Shown here: positions 28,523-41,743 of the stretch, piece after piece
Layout of the letters: every line of letters begins with the position of its first letter
Numbering within the stretch: position 1 is the first letter of the stretch
Assembly: GCA_043228905.1 (NCBI GenBank)
Contig: JBHGNT010000011.1
Span: 2,170,001 to 2,234,000, forward strand
Direction of reading: 5' to 3'
Length of the DNA: 64,000 nt
Source: Azolla caroliniana
Taxonomy: Eukaryota; Plantae; Polypodiophyta
Notes under the pieces: model-generated
Told to the model about the DNA's origin: nothing
Database searches by the model: none
Seen by the model: the letters and a program-made list of their open reading frames with translations, nothing else
Translations under genes and position numbers: made by a program

Positions 28523-30527
28523 TGTCGTGGAAGGAGATTAACGCCACGATATGATTTACAACCACAACCGTTTAGAGCGAACTCAAGCACAACTAGAAGA
28601 AAACAACAATAGGACTATAGAGAGATAGAGAACCAAAATCCATATGAGGAAGAAGAACCCTAACCGAATAGGAAGAAGAAGAAGAAGAAGAACTAAACCT
28701 CCCTAACCAAGAGAAAGAGAAATGAGAGAGGGGAACCTAAAACCAAAACCCTAAAATGAAATAGGGAGAAGAAGAAGAAGAACTAAAACCCAAAAACCCA
28801 AAATGGAGGAACCCCCTTTATGGTGACTCCTCACCCCCTTTTATAGTAAAAAAAAGGGGGCCTTATTACAAAAGGCGAGGCCAAATATTCCTCTCTTTGA
28901 GTGAGGAATATTTGCTTTGATTTTAGGAGGGGATTGATGGGGCACCTTAAATCCCTCTTCTCTCACTTTCACACACACACACACGCGCGCGCGCGCGCGC
29001 GCCCACCCACCCACACACACACACACACACACCATACCCCCTACTTATTACTCCCCCACTTTCATGTACGCCCCTTTTTCACTACATTGTTGTGAAGATT
29101 TCCGGAAACGATGAGAAAATCGGGTATGGTGAATAAAACGAGGATGTGCAACGACTTGCACATGCACATGAGAAAATGTGTATAGAAATAAGAAAGGGAG
29201 AAAAATAAATTTTATGTGGCACCAATCCCCTTGTGCTATAAAAGGGGAGGGGTGCTCACAAGAAAGGGGTTGCCCATTTTGAGTTAAGAGGGTGTACCAC
29301 TTAGATCTACGGTTTGGTAGTTTTCTTCTTCATCTTCTTCTTCTTGTTTCTTTGGGGGTTCTTCTTTGAGTGGAGGTTTAGGGTTTCTTTTAGTTCTCCT
29401 CTCTCTTCTTGGTTATGGTTTCGGTTGTTCTAGGTTTCTTCTTCATCTTCATCTTCTTGTTTCTTTGGGGGTTCTTCTTTGAGTGGAGGTTTAGGGTTTC
29501 TTTTAGTTCTCCTCTCTCTTCTTGGTTATGGTTTCGGTTGTTCTAGGTTTCTTCTTCTCCCTATTTAGGTTTTCGGGTTTCTTCTACCTTGTTGTCTTGG
29601 TGGGAAGAAGTAGGGTTTATTCTTGTTCGTTTTTGGATTCTTCACTTTGTGAGTTACGGTTTGTGAGTTTCTTCGTTTTCATGCGAGTTAGGGTCATGCT
29701 AGGGTTTTTGGTTACTCTCTTCTTCTTCTTCTTCGTGTGAGAGTTTGGTTTGGTTTGGGGTTTCTACAATGGCAGCTCTTCGGCATTCCGGTGGCGGCAC
29801 TTGGTGGTTCGACTTCCTGTCCTCGATGGTGAGTGTTTCGTGGGGCAGCCGGTTCAAGAAGGGAGGGCAAAGTGGCACGGGAACACTCCACCATCTTCGG
29901 GGCGTGACCAATGTTGGACGTCACGCTCCTGGTGGTCTACTTGACTCACCTTCGTCAGTTCCTATTTCTTAACTTGTTGTACTTAGTCGATTGTTTTGTA
30001 ATAGCCACCGGATTCGTGGCATGTAAGCCAATTTGTTGTAAAAGTATTTGTAATATATATACGTGTATATTTCTCTTCTATTTTAACCTATTTGAGTTGA
30101 GTCCTTAATCACAGCTAATCGTCTTGTTGAACCGGAATCTTCGTCGATTGGGTCCGACCGAAAACCAATCCAGTCGTAACCAATCCGGTCGAGAATCAAT
30201 GCAACCGGAAGTCGACGGACCAAAGCCTGTATAGCACGAGACCTTCGCCCCCTTTTACTCCCTAGTCCGAGACCCCCATAGTCCCGCCCAAGCCGACACG
30301 TACACGCAGATTTCCGCAACAACGTGTGCATGTGCACCTAAGTGCATATCACATTTACAATCCACAAACCCTTTCAGTGCACTTTAGCACCTTACATTTT
30401 ATATTTCTCTTACTTTATTCTTTTTATTTCTATTTATATTTTCCCGATGTGCATGTGCAAACTTTGCACAATCCTGATTCGTCCGTTCCATGTGATTTTC
30501 TCGCCGCTGCCAAAAATTTTCGTGAAA
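28523..30527 (-). mobile_element. Solo LTR of the TGTCG...CGACA family, itself interrupted by a related solo LTR
   Basis: Flanked by ACGT (28519-28522 and 30528-30531); removing it restores the host codons KYVTKV. Reverse TATA at ~28840. 30322-30527 is an inverted homologue of 29088-29220. Confidence 0.72.
29088..30321 (+). mobile_element. Nested solo LTR (TGTTG...CAACA) in the opposite orientation
   Basis: Terminal inverted repeats; TATAAAA at ~29237; internal ~120-bp tandem duplication at 29320-29560; flanks ACAT/ACGT. Confidence 0.7.
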
Positions 30528-33500
30528 ACGTGACAAAGGTACTCTAGATATTCAACATGGGGAATGCCAACATGGTCGGCTCAACATTGCCGACAAATAG
30601 CAAACTGAATGCCAATCAATGTCCAAAGACAGAAAAGGATAAAACTTAGTTGAGGAAGATTCTATATGCCTGAGTTGTTGGAAGCCTGATGTATGTTATG
30701 GTGTGTACTGCCGGACATTGCATATGTTGTCGAAACTATCAACCGATACATTAGCAATCCCGGAAAGGAACATTTGGGATGTAGGGAAGTGGATGCTCAA
30801 ATACTTGAGAGGTACCTTGTTACGGGTATGACCATATAATATCCTGTGGTGAGAATTTACCGTAGTATTCTATACATGTGAATAAGTGTGAGGGTTAAAC
30901 GAGAGTGTAAAGAAGGGGAGGATTACTTATAATCCTCGGGATTGAGACAACCCATTAGGCCAAGTGTGAACTTGCATGGGGGCCTTGGGTCTCACTATAA
31001 ATATGAGGCCTAGCTACCCTCATTTCAAGATCTTTTGACTACGTCGAGACTCTGACGTTGTGGTGGGTCAACTCTTGTAGCAAGCGAGCCAACACTAGGT
31101 ACGACTGGATGCCACGTCGGTGATATGGGACGCCGATTGAGCCTCGAGTCCGTCTCGATCCCTTCGCTTGGGGGTGGTCGGGTGGATCGACACCCTTGTT
31201 TCTCTCTCTCCTTTCTTATTTCATATATGTTTTATCCTTATCATATGCTTACGTTAGATCATAACTCTAATAGTTGGTATCAGAGCTTATGTTTCTTTTG
31301 TTGGTTTTTGTTGTCTTCTTGATGGATGGTGATCGATCGGCGTGCGGTTGACCTTGATCCAGATAGCGATCAACAAAGGAACTTTGGTAACTCGTTCTTG
31401 TTTTTTTTCTATTCATTCTTCTCCCAATCTATTCATGTACAGTCAATATGTTTTTTTCTTTATTGATTCAATGATGTTGTAGTGGTAATTAATTGGTTGT
31501 ATATGTGTATGTGTCATTTGACATATATTTGATATGTGATTCGTGTCGTACGTGTACGAGGTTAATACCTCAATTGTGTATTACGTTCACATATATATGT
31601 TATGTATACGTATGCGGTAAATACCTCGATTTCTATGTAAACGATATGCGATTGGTGTCGTATGCGTAAGAGGTCAATACCTCAATTGCGTATTACGATT
31701 AACCCTTATTCTTGGATGTTTTGTGTGCGTAGAGGCTATACACCTCGATTACGTTTCTCGATTACATCATTGTTGGCTATTTGATATTACGATTTTTTAA
31801 ATCTATGCATATGTGGTCAAGTGTATACGGATTTGATCGTATATATGTGATAAATATACATATGAGTATATTAGTTATTACATGATTTCTATATCGAATG
31901 TTTCCTTTTTAGGGAAAGGATCTTGGTGGACGTCCTCACATTTTTGTGAGAATGGCATAGTCACCATCTTTTTTTCAACAATATTATTTTCGTTGACATC
32001 CCCGTTCGTCACTTCGATTTCGTTATGTAACAAAATGCTTATAGCCACCATGATGTTGAGAACGTAGGGCTTGCCCCACTTCATGTGAGGTCGCTCCTAT
32101 GACACACATATCCAGCATCCCTCCCTCATTACATGGATACTATGACATCATTCTTACGAAAGGCATTCGTAATGACGTAACCATGTAAAGGGCCACGTGG
32201 CCCTACTACGAAAAGAGGGCTCATTTGGCTTGACCATTAGGTTGCACTTTGGCGTATGCCATCGTAATTATGAGACTTGAGGTTAGGTAATGTACCAACA
32301 TAGTTTGTGGTAAACGAGAGGGAAATAAGGACTCTTGACATATATGTTTCTTTTAAAAAAACATATATGGGCAAATGCCTCGCATATATCTTATACGTGT
32401 AAAATATTATACATTCAACACGAGCAATCTATTTGGTTAGCTCAAGTGTTTAATGCATTTGTTCTCGAGGTGTCGAGTTCAAATATGACCAAGACCATAA
32501 CAGTGTCCAAGACCATACAACATTGTTGATACATATGACTATAATACATATTTAGACTTTAGGTCTAAGTGTACTTCGGGGTCCTCGTAATAAGATTTAA
32601 AGAGCCGAAACCGTGACATATGTGGGCACAAAAACATAGTTTATTGTGAACATTTTTTTCGTGTATAAACTATTCATGACGCGAACATACATGGTTGAGC
32701 CTCAGGGAGCCGCCATGATAAAATCGATATAGAGATAAGGGAAAGACATTCATTTGTCACCCCCATGGTTTTTAAAACAACTTTGTGTTACCATAGTAAC
32801 CTGATCTTGAACTTCATCTCATACATCTAGAGGGGTGTTGACTTGAGATCATGATATCGATTAATGTTGGCCCATGATATGTTTACATCACGACATAATG
32901 TTATGACTATTTTTCTAACCTTATCCTATTTCTTTGCCAGAAATAATCATTCAATGGCTCAGAATAATAACCCGATGTCATCTGCTCAAGCGGAAGGAAC
33001 TCGAGGAAATCCTCTTGGACCAATGTCCAGTGAGTCATATTTTTTACAAATACAACATTTCCTTAGTTCAACCGCTCATCAGATGTTCGAACTTCGACAA
33101 TCTTAAAGTACTCTCGATGAGCGTCAGGGTGAACCATCATTTGTCGTAAAGCCATTTATGGGAGAAAGAAAAGGAAAGAACCGAAGAAGCAATCTGCACG
33201 TGGTTGGGCCGATGGGAGTCTCATTTTGAGCTCTATCCGATGCTAGATAGTAAGAAGATTGCATATGTCGGCCGAGAACTAGGGGGTAAGGTCGCTGCCT
33301 GGTGGCGTGGGCTCTGTACTTTGGGGAAATTGCCCGATATCTTGACAGATTTTGTCACAATTTTTAAGGGCCAATTTCTGCAACCTCCCTCTCGAACCGA
33401 GGCAACACAAGCTTTAATGAACCTCTCTAGCAGGAAGTTTTCCTTCCTAGAAAACTATGTCCACCATGCTAGAACCCAAATCCAAAAATTGGGTCTAGAA

Positions 33501-36500
33501 GGGGACACCTGGTTAATAACTTGTTTTGTCAATGGCATCCCCAATTCGGACTATCATTGGATAGTGCATGATAAGGATCCAAAATCCTTTGAAGAGGCCG
33601 TTGAAATAGTTCTTCACTATCAACTTACTTCGAAGAATGACCATAACAAACCATGCGAAGTGCCTGGGACTAAGCAGTCGCAATTCGTTGGGAAACGCAA
33701 GACACCCAACGAATTCATGGATCGTAATTGTAAGCGTCAACATCCTTTTTGCGTATTCTACAAAAAGAAGGGTCATACAAAAGAACAATGTCGAAAGCTC
33801 CAATGAAAAGAGCACGACAAAAAAGAAAAAATTGCAAACCATAAAGGTCAGATTTCTAATGTCCTTGAGGTCTATATACATCATTTAAGTAATTTTCTAT
33901 GTTCTTTCCCTCACTATGTATTGGGACCCAATGTTTTACTACATTCAAACAGATATATCAATGGATCTCTCGTACAATTTTTATTTGATTCAGGAAGCTC
34001 ACACAATTTTGTGAATGATCATTTGGTTCAAATATGGGGAATCCAACCTATCGTAAGTGATCACACCTATAGGCTGCACTTGGCTGATGGAAGAGTACAA
34101 TACATCAACGGGGCGATTCATTCATTAGGAATTTCTATTGATAATTATATAGAGAAAGTAGACTTCCATGTAATGAATCTTTGTACCACAGATGTAATAC
34201 TAGGTTATCCCTGGTTTTTTAATAAAAACTCTTCTTTATCTATTTATTGGGTTCAAGATTCAATTACTTTTGTACTGAACGATTGTACTCATTTTATTCA
34301 ATGTGTTAAAAAACAATCTCTTTAGATTGTTTCCTCTCCATCAATATTCGAGTTATCTTGTTCTACTTCATTTTATTGTGTACTTGATCCGAACATTCAC
34401 GTTTACAATATCGATAATGTCTCGATTCAATTATCATATTTTGAACAACAACTCGATGAAATCTTAAATGATTTTCGTGATGTTTTTCCGAGTGAACTAC
34501 CACATGGGTTACCTCCTAAACGTAATATAGACCATCGTATAGATATTGTACCTGGCGTTGCACCAATAGGTATACCTCCGTATTGCTTAAGTCAATCCGA
34601 AGAGGATGAGGTATCTAAGCAACTCAAGGACTATTTATGAATGGGTTATATACATTATAGTAAATCTCCATGGGGTGCACCTGTTCTCTTAGTAAAAAAG
34701 AAAGAGGGCACATGCCGTATGTGTATTAATTACCAACGCTTGAATAAAGTGACGATCAATAATTCATATCCATTGCCCCGGGCTAACGATCTAATTGACC
34801 GTCTCCAGGGAGCTCGGTATTTTACAAAACTTGATCTACGTACGGGTTACCATCAAATTCGTATTAGTGAGGACGATGTTCCTAAAATGGCATTTCATAC
34901 ACGCTATGGCCATTATGAGTTTTTGGTTATGCCTTTTGGTTTGATCAATGCTCCGGCCACATTTCAACAAGAAATGAATGACATTTTCCGACAACAACTT
35001 GAAAATTTGTTGTTATTTACTTGGATGATATTTTAGTTTATAGTTGTACATTAGAAGAACATGCTAAACATGTCCGCTTTGTTTTACAAACATTGCGCGA
35101 CAAGCAATTCTATGCGAAGATCTCAAAATGCAAGTTCTTCAAGAAATCAATTACTTATCTTGGACATCTCATAACCGAACAAGGAGTTGAAATTGATCCT
35201 TCTCGCATCGAGAAAATCAAACTTTGGCCCACTCTTCGGAATATTCTAGAAGTTCGATCATTCCTTGGTTTTGTCGGGTTTTTGCGAAAATCCCTTCGTA
35301 ATTACTCCCAATTGACAATGCCGTTTACTGATCTTCTAAAAGGTCAAACGCGTAAGTCTACAAAACCTATTGTGTGGAATGCTACACTAGACCTTGCCTT
35401 TAAGGAACTCAAGGACCTGGTGTGCAAGGTTCCTTTGCTTCTTTTACCCGATCCTTCAAAATGTTTCGAAGTTTAAATCGATGCAAATGATTATGCTATA
35501 GGTGTTGTCTTATATCAAGATGGTAAACCAATAACATTCGAGAGTAAGAAACTTGATTCTACTCAATCTCGGTATACGGTTGAAGAAAAGGAATTATTTG
35601 CAATTATACATGCTCTCAAAACATAGTGCCATTATCTTTATGGAAATCGTTTTGTGGTAACTACGGACCACGAGTCCTTGAAATATTTTTGTGACCAACA
35701 AGACCTGAAAGGTCGTAAGGCACGATAGGCTGATCTCATCCAGGACTTTGATTTTTCCATACGATATCGTAAAGGTTCCATGAACATTGTCGTTGATTCA
35801 CGAAATCACATCTGTGAAGTTAACATGCTTAACTTCACTGAAATAACATCAGATCATTATTATCACCTTCGAGGAAAGTATCTTGATGATAATTATTTTG
35901 CGAAATACTGGGCAAGAGTTTAGTCTGGAACAGACACCACCACATCCTCGAAGGAATCCTTCCACATTGCTAACGGTCTGCTCTACCATAATGGGAAGGT
36001 TTGTGTTCCAGATTTGCCTGAGGTAAAAAAGAGAGTTCTTTTTTAATGCCATGATGCACCCTCAACAAGGCACCCTAGAATACATCGTACACTCGTTCTC
36101 ATCTCTAGTCAATTCTATTGGCCTAAAATGCGTCTTGACATACATAGTTATGTGACTAAATCTCACCAATGTTACGTTAACAAAGCTGAGTGATTTAAGC
36201 CGCATGACTTTTACATCCCTTGGACATTCCTAATAATAAGTGGGAAAGTATATCCATGGATTTTATTTTTAGCCTTCCTCGCACCCAAAAAGGTCATGAT
36301 GTCATTTGGGTTGTGGTTGATAGACTAACTAAAATGGTCATATTTATTGCTACTAAAACCACGGTAACAACTCCTGAATTGGCTTACCAATTCATTGACG
36401 AGTTATTTTGTTTTTATGGGTTACCGATGGATATCGTGAGTCATCGAGATCCAAAGTTTACTAGTAACTTCTGGACGCAAGTATTTAAGAAGTTAGAAAC

Positions 36501-36737
36501 TACGTTGAGCATGAGCTCCACGGATCATCCTCAATCCGATGGACAAACAGAATGAGTAAATCAAATTATTGAGGACATGCTTTGACCATACGTTGGTGCA
36601 AAAACAACAAAATGGGAACGTTATCTCCCAATTTTGGAGTGTGCTTATAACAACTCCAAGCATACGTCGACGGGATATAGTCCTTTTATGTTGATCTATG
36701 GTTTTCAGCCACGAGCCCCGATTGATGTTAATATACA

Positions 36738-37165
36738 TGTAAAGAATCGGATATGATTCTTGTGAAGCGGAAGAGATGTGAGTTATGTGTGTGTATGAGA
36801 GAGAGAGAGAGAGTGAGAGAGAGAGAGAGTGAGTGAGAGAGAGAGAGAGAGAGAGTGAGAGACAAGGAATAACACAGAGAATACGCAAGGTAGATTGTAT
36901 TAACAAAGGAGAAAGACTCAACTCAATACAAGGTGGGAGGAGGGTGCTTTATATAGTCACCCTCTCTCTTCATTAACTACAAGACTCATGGAGCATGGGG
37001 AATGTGAAAGCTCATAAGTTATGTGTCAAAGAATATGATCCTATGACTCATACTAAATGCTAGAATACAAAGAGGAGACATAATGGTGGCTCTTGACCGT
37101 TGGAGTGTCTATTCACTCTGAAGGTGAGTTCACACACTAGACCAAGGTGAGCTTGATTCTCAATA
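36738..37165 (-). mobile_element. Copia solo LTR inside the chromovirus integrase, same family as the LTR at 59245-59674
   Basis: Perfect TSD ATACA; shared TGTAAAGAATCGG start, (GA)n tract and GAGCTTGATTCTCAA end. Confidence 0.92.
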
Positions 37166-37806
37166 ATACATCATGATACGTTGCGAAATACGCAAAAATT
37201 TCTTTGGGATATGCAAGATATATTGCATATTGCACGAGATAATATAAAAACATCTCAAGATAGAGTGCGTTTTTACGCCGATCATAATAGACAACCTCGT
37301 GTATTCAACCCTGGACAGAAGATATTTTTACGTGTACCTCACAATTCTAAGACATTGTCTATGGGTAAGTGCGCTAAGTTAGCCCCACGATTTTGTGGAC
37401 CTTTTCAAGTCCTCAAACGCATTGGTTCATCAGCCTATCGTCTCGCTCTTCCCGATGGCGTTGAAATTCATCTAGTTTTTCATGTAATTCGTCTAAAAGA
37501 ACTTCTAGGTTCTGGCGACAATATAATTACAACTGAAACTCTGGTTAGTTCTGAAGAATTATCTTCTAAAGCACATGTACCAGAAAGAATTCTCGATGTT
37601 AAAACAAAAAATCTGCGTACTAAAATAATACGAGAATATAAAATTAAATGGGTGGATAAATCTATCAAAGATGCCACATGGGAACACGAAAATACTCTTA
37701 GAACTAACTTCCCATTGCAAGAGACCGTGCAATGTTTTAAAGAAGGGGAGTATGTTACAGGCATGACCATATAATATCTTGTGGTGGGAATTTATTGTAG
37801 TATTCT

Positions 37807-40800
37807 TGTTAAGTAATTAGGTAATTAACTAGGGTTAATTAGAGACTAATTATATGGTTACGTTAAGCAGTGGAAGATTAGTATGATATGCGTGTGAGAG
37901 GAAGTTAGAGAGAGAGGAAGTTACACTTGAACACAAAGATAAATGGGGGATGATTGACTATATTGAAAAGTGTCATCAACATTCGAAAATACCCACAATG
38001 AGGTATATATACAACCCATGTGCAAAGGTGCACATGTGTGGGTAGAACATAGGTACTTATGTGTAAGTCCTACATTAAATGTACTAAGGAGTGGAGGATC
38101 TAGAATATCCCACTTAAGTACAAGGTCCTATTTAAAGGCTTAAGGTCAACACATTAACTAGATTCGATCTAGGTAACTACTAAGTTACATGTGTTGACTA
38201 ACTAGATTAAACTAGTTGAGCTTGATATCTCAACACGCTCAAGTGTGAGAGGCATCCAACGCCCGGTTTAGCTTCCTTCGGCTTCGTCAGCATCGGTGGG
38301 CTTGCGGCTTTCTTCGCGGCGTTGCGCGGCTTTCTTCACGTCTTCGCGGCTTCGTTGTGCGGCTCTCCGCGACTTTGTTGTGCGGCGTTGCGCGGCTTTC
38401 TTCGCGTCTTCGCGGCTTCGTTGCGCGGTTCTCCGCGGCTTTTTGAGCGGTGTTGCACGGCTTTCTTCGCGTCTTCGCGGCTTATTCTCCCCCTCAAGCC
38501 TGTGACGAAGGCTTGGATCCTCGGGCTCTTGTTTAGCCATTACCTTCATCGTGAGGGCATAGTGATGGGCCATATACTCGTTGTAGGCGTAACGAGTGAC
38601 TTGGGTCTTCTCTCATGATGAGCGGCGGAGTTTCTCGTTTGTCGATTTGAGCGCCTTCTTTACTCGGGGTGTCCTCATGATGGGTACACCGAACTCACTG
38701 TCTAGTGAGCGAGCCGAATCATCCGAATCCTGGTCGTCGGGGTGGACCTCAACTTCGTATTCGGGCATCTTACCTTTGCTTTTGTCGGATATCGGACTTG
38801 GCCGAGTTTCGTCATCTGAGTTGGCGTTCAACTCTTCCTCGATCGGGTCGGATGGAGTCACATCGGGCTTATACCAAGATGCTGATTCCTCGAAAACGAC
38901 GTCGGGACTTATCCGCACTGCTCGGGTCGAAGGGTTGAAGCACTTGTACGCCTTTTTCGCGGACAAGTATCCTATGAGGATACATTCTTCCGACTTCGCG
39001 TCGGGCTTCTCTCGACTTTCATTCGGGATGCGTATATTCGCAATGCTTCCGAACACCTTGAGGTGCGAGAGGATGGGCTTCCTTCCGATGAAGATCTCGT
39101 ATGGAGTAAGCTCGTGCACGCTATTTGTGGAGCATCGATTCATGAGATAGACGGCCGTGGATGCTGCTTCCACCCAATAGAAGTTCGGCATGTGCTTCTC
39201 ACGCATAATGGCGCGTGCTACCTCGAGTATTTGCCAATTCTTTCTCTCGGCTACTCTGTTTTGTTGGGGAGTGTGTCGGCATGAGAATTCTCTACGAATG
39301 ACTTCACCTTGGAGGTAGGAGGTGACCTCATCGGAGAAGTACTCCCTTCCTCCGTCCGATCGTAGGCATCGAATGTGCCGACCGGTTTCTTTCTCCACTT
39401 GGCTTTTGAGCCTTTGAAAGTGGGAGAGCACTTCGCTCTTCTTCTTCATCGGGTATATCCACGTGTAGCGCGAGTGATCGTCGATGAAGGTGACGTAGTA
39501 GCGGCATCCGCCGAGCGTCGGCGTTTGAGCCGGTCCCCATACGTCCGAGTGGATTATGTCAAGGAGGACTTTGCTTGCGGAGCTCTCCTTCGGGAATGGG
39601 AGTCGATGTTGTTTGCCGAGTTGGCATGCTTCGCACACTCGGTCGACTTGTTTTGATTCAAAGGCCGGAAGTCCGATTACGACTCCCTTTGCTTGCATTC
39701 CGCGAAGCCGTTGGAGGTTTACGTGGCCGATTTGCTTGTGCCACAACTCGATGTTTGTCTCGGTCTTGAGACCTTTGGCGTACATGGCCGATTTTACCTC
39801 GTTCGAGTCGAGGATGAACAAGCGACCGTCTCTCCGTCCCTTGGCTATGAGTCGGTCGTCTTTCTCAATGAAGCAACCTTTATTGTTGAAGCGAACTTGC
39901 ATGCCTTGCTCCACGATTTGGCCGACCGAGACCAAATTCTTTGTTATTGTGGGCACGTGCAAGACATTCTTGATGCAAGTTTGCTCACCTTCTTTCCCGA
40001 ATGGGACATCGCCGATGTGCCGAATGGGATGCGGAGTGTCATCTCCGGTCTCTATGTAGCCGGGTTGATCCGGCGTTCGCAAGTCGCGAAACCACTCTTG
40101 GTGCGACGTCATGTGGTGCGAGGCGCCGGAGTCTACGAACCACGCGTGTTCAGAGTTGGACGTGCTTGCAGAGTTTGCGGGATCGGAGGCCATCATAGAG
40201 TTCGCTCTATGCCTCATCACGAAGAGTCCGTCGTAGTCTGCGTATTCCGCATTCGCGGCGTAATTTGTGAGTTGCCGGCTTGTTGAGGCCGACTCACTTC
40301 GTCTTTTTCGGCACTCCTCTCCGCGATGGCCGATTTTGCCACAATAGTTGCACGTAGATGGCGTCGTTCGCCGACCTTGTTCGACATGGAAGCTCCCCCT
40401 TCTTGTGAAGGTTCCTCGATGGCTTCCGTTTCCTTACCGAAATTGTGAATTCCCTTCGTGGGATAGGTCGAATTGACCTCTTCCAGTTCGACCTCGTCTT
40501 TGGGCACCATCTGTATCGGAGAAGAGCATTTGTCCTTCCGATGTGTTGGTCTTTGGGTGAACGTGGTTTTCTTCGACCAATAGCATTGATTGGAGGTTGA
40601 AGAACGAGGGAGGGGTATCTCTTGCCAATATTTCCATTCTCAACGGGTTGAATCGTTGTGCGAGGCCGCCCAAGCATACTTGCACCATCTCGTCCTCGTC
40701 GATGTTGAAGTTGATGGAACCAAGCGAGTCGCAAATGCTCTTGATCTTGGCGGTGTAGTCCGTCACGGACATTTCTTTTTGTTGTATGTTGTTCAACTCT

Positions 40801-41743
40801 TGCCAGAGTTGAAGCTTGCGCGCGGATGTGTCCGCGGCGAAAATCTTCTTGAGATTTTCCCACGCCTCTTGGGCATCTTGGCGTCACGAATGTGGCTTAG
40901 CATGTGGTCGTTTACACATGTTGCCAAGCAATACATTACCCGACTCGCGCCTTGCTCCCACGTTGGGTAGTTGGCGTGTGTGATTTCGGGTTTGTTTTCT
41001 TGTGCGCCGTTAATGTAGCTCCCATACCCTTGGCCGATAAGGTATTGATTCATCTTGTACTCCCAAGATGAATAGTTGCTTCGGTCTAGCTTTTCGCTAG
41101 GGAGTGAGCTTCCCATTTGTTTGTTCATGTTGATTGTTGTGTCTTCCGTTTTGTTTTTCTTCTCTTGGTCGCGTACACGTCCTTTGTAGCGGCACTACGG
41201 TAGCGGATAGCGAATAGCCGGGATTTGTCGTCGGCGTCTTGAACACACAATCACGAATAAGCGGTGGGCTTAGTGGATTTCCTAAACCACGCGCTTTGAT
41301 ACCATGTTAAGTAATTAGGTAATTAACTAGGGTTAATTAGAGACTAATTATATGGTTACGTTAAGCAGTGGAAGATTAGTATGATATGCGCGTGAGAGTG
41401 TGTGAGAGGAAGTTAGAGAGAGAGGAAGTTACACTTGAACACAAACATAAATGAGGGATGATTGACTATATTGAAAAGTGTCATCAACATTCGAAAATAC
41501 CCACAATGAGGTATATATACAACCCATGTGCAAAGGTGCACATGTGTGGGTAGAACATAGGTACTTATGTGTAAGTCCTACATTAAATGTACTAAGGAGT
41601 GGAGGATCTAGAATATCCCACTTAAGTACAAGGTCCTATTTAAAGGCTTAAGGTCAACACATTAACTAGATTCGATCTAGGTAACTACTAAGTTACATGT
41701 GTTGACTAACTAGATTAAACTAGTTGAGCTTGATATCTCAACA
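37807..41743 (-). mobile_element. Young copia derivative with gag-PR-IN but no RT/RNase H, inserted in the chromovirus 3' LTR. LTRs 41305-41743 and 37807-38235
   Basis: Perfect TSD ATTCT, near-identical LTRs and an iMet PBS at 41295-41304. The 535-aa ORF 38613-40220 has WFVDSGASHHM, HHCC, HSDVWGP, LRSDGG and TPQQNRVAERKN. Confidence 0.95.

Noticed and set aside
38596-40970. Long plus-strand ORFs of 126-197 aa
   Set aside because: They are antisense shadows of GC-rich copia gag-pol.
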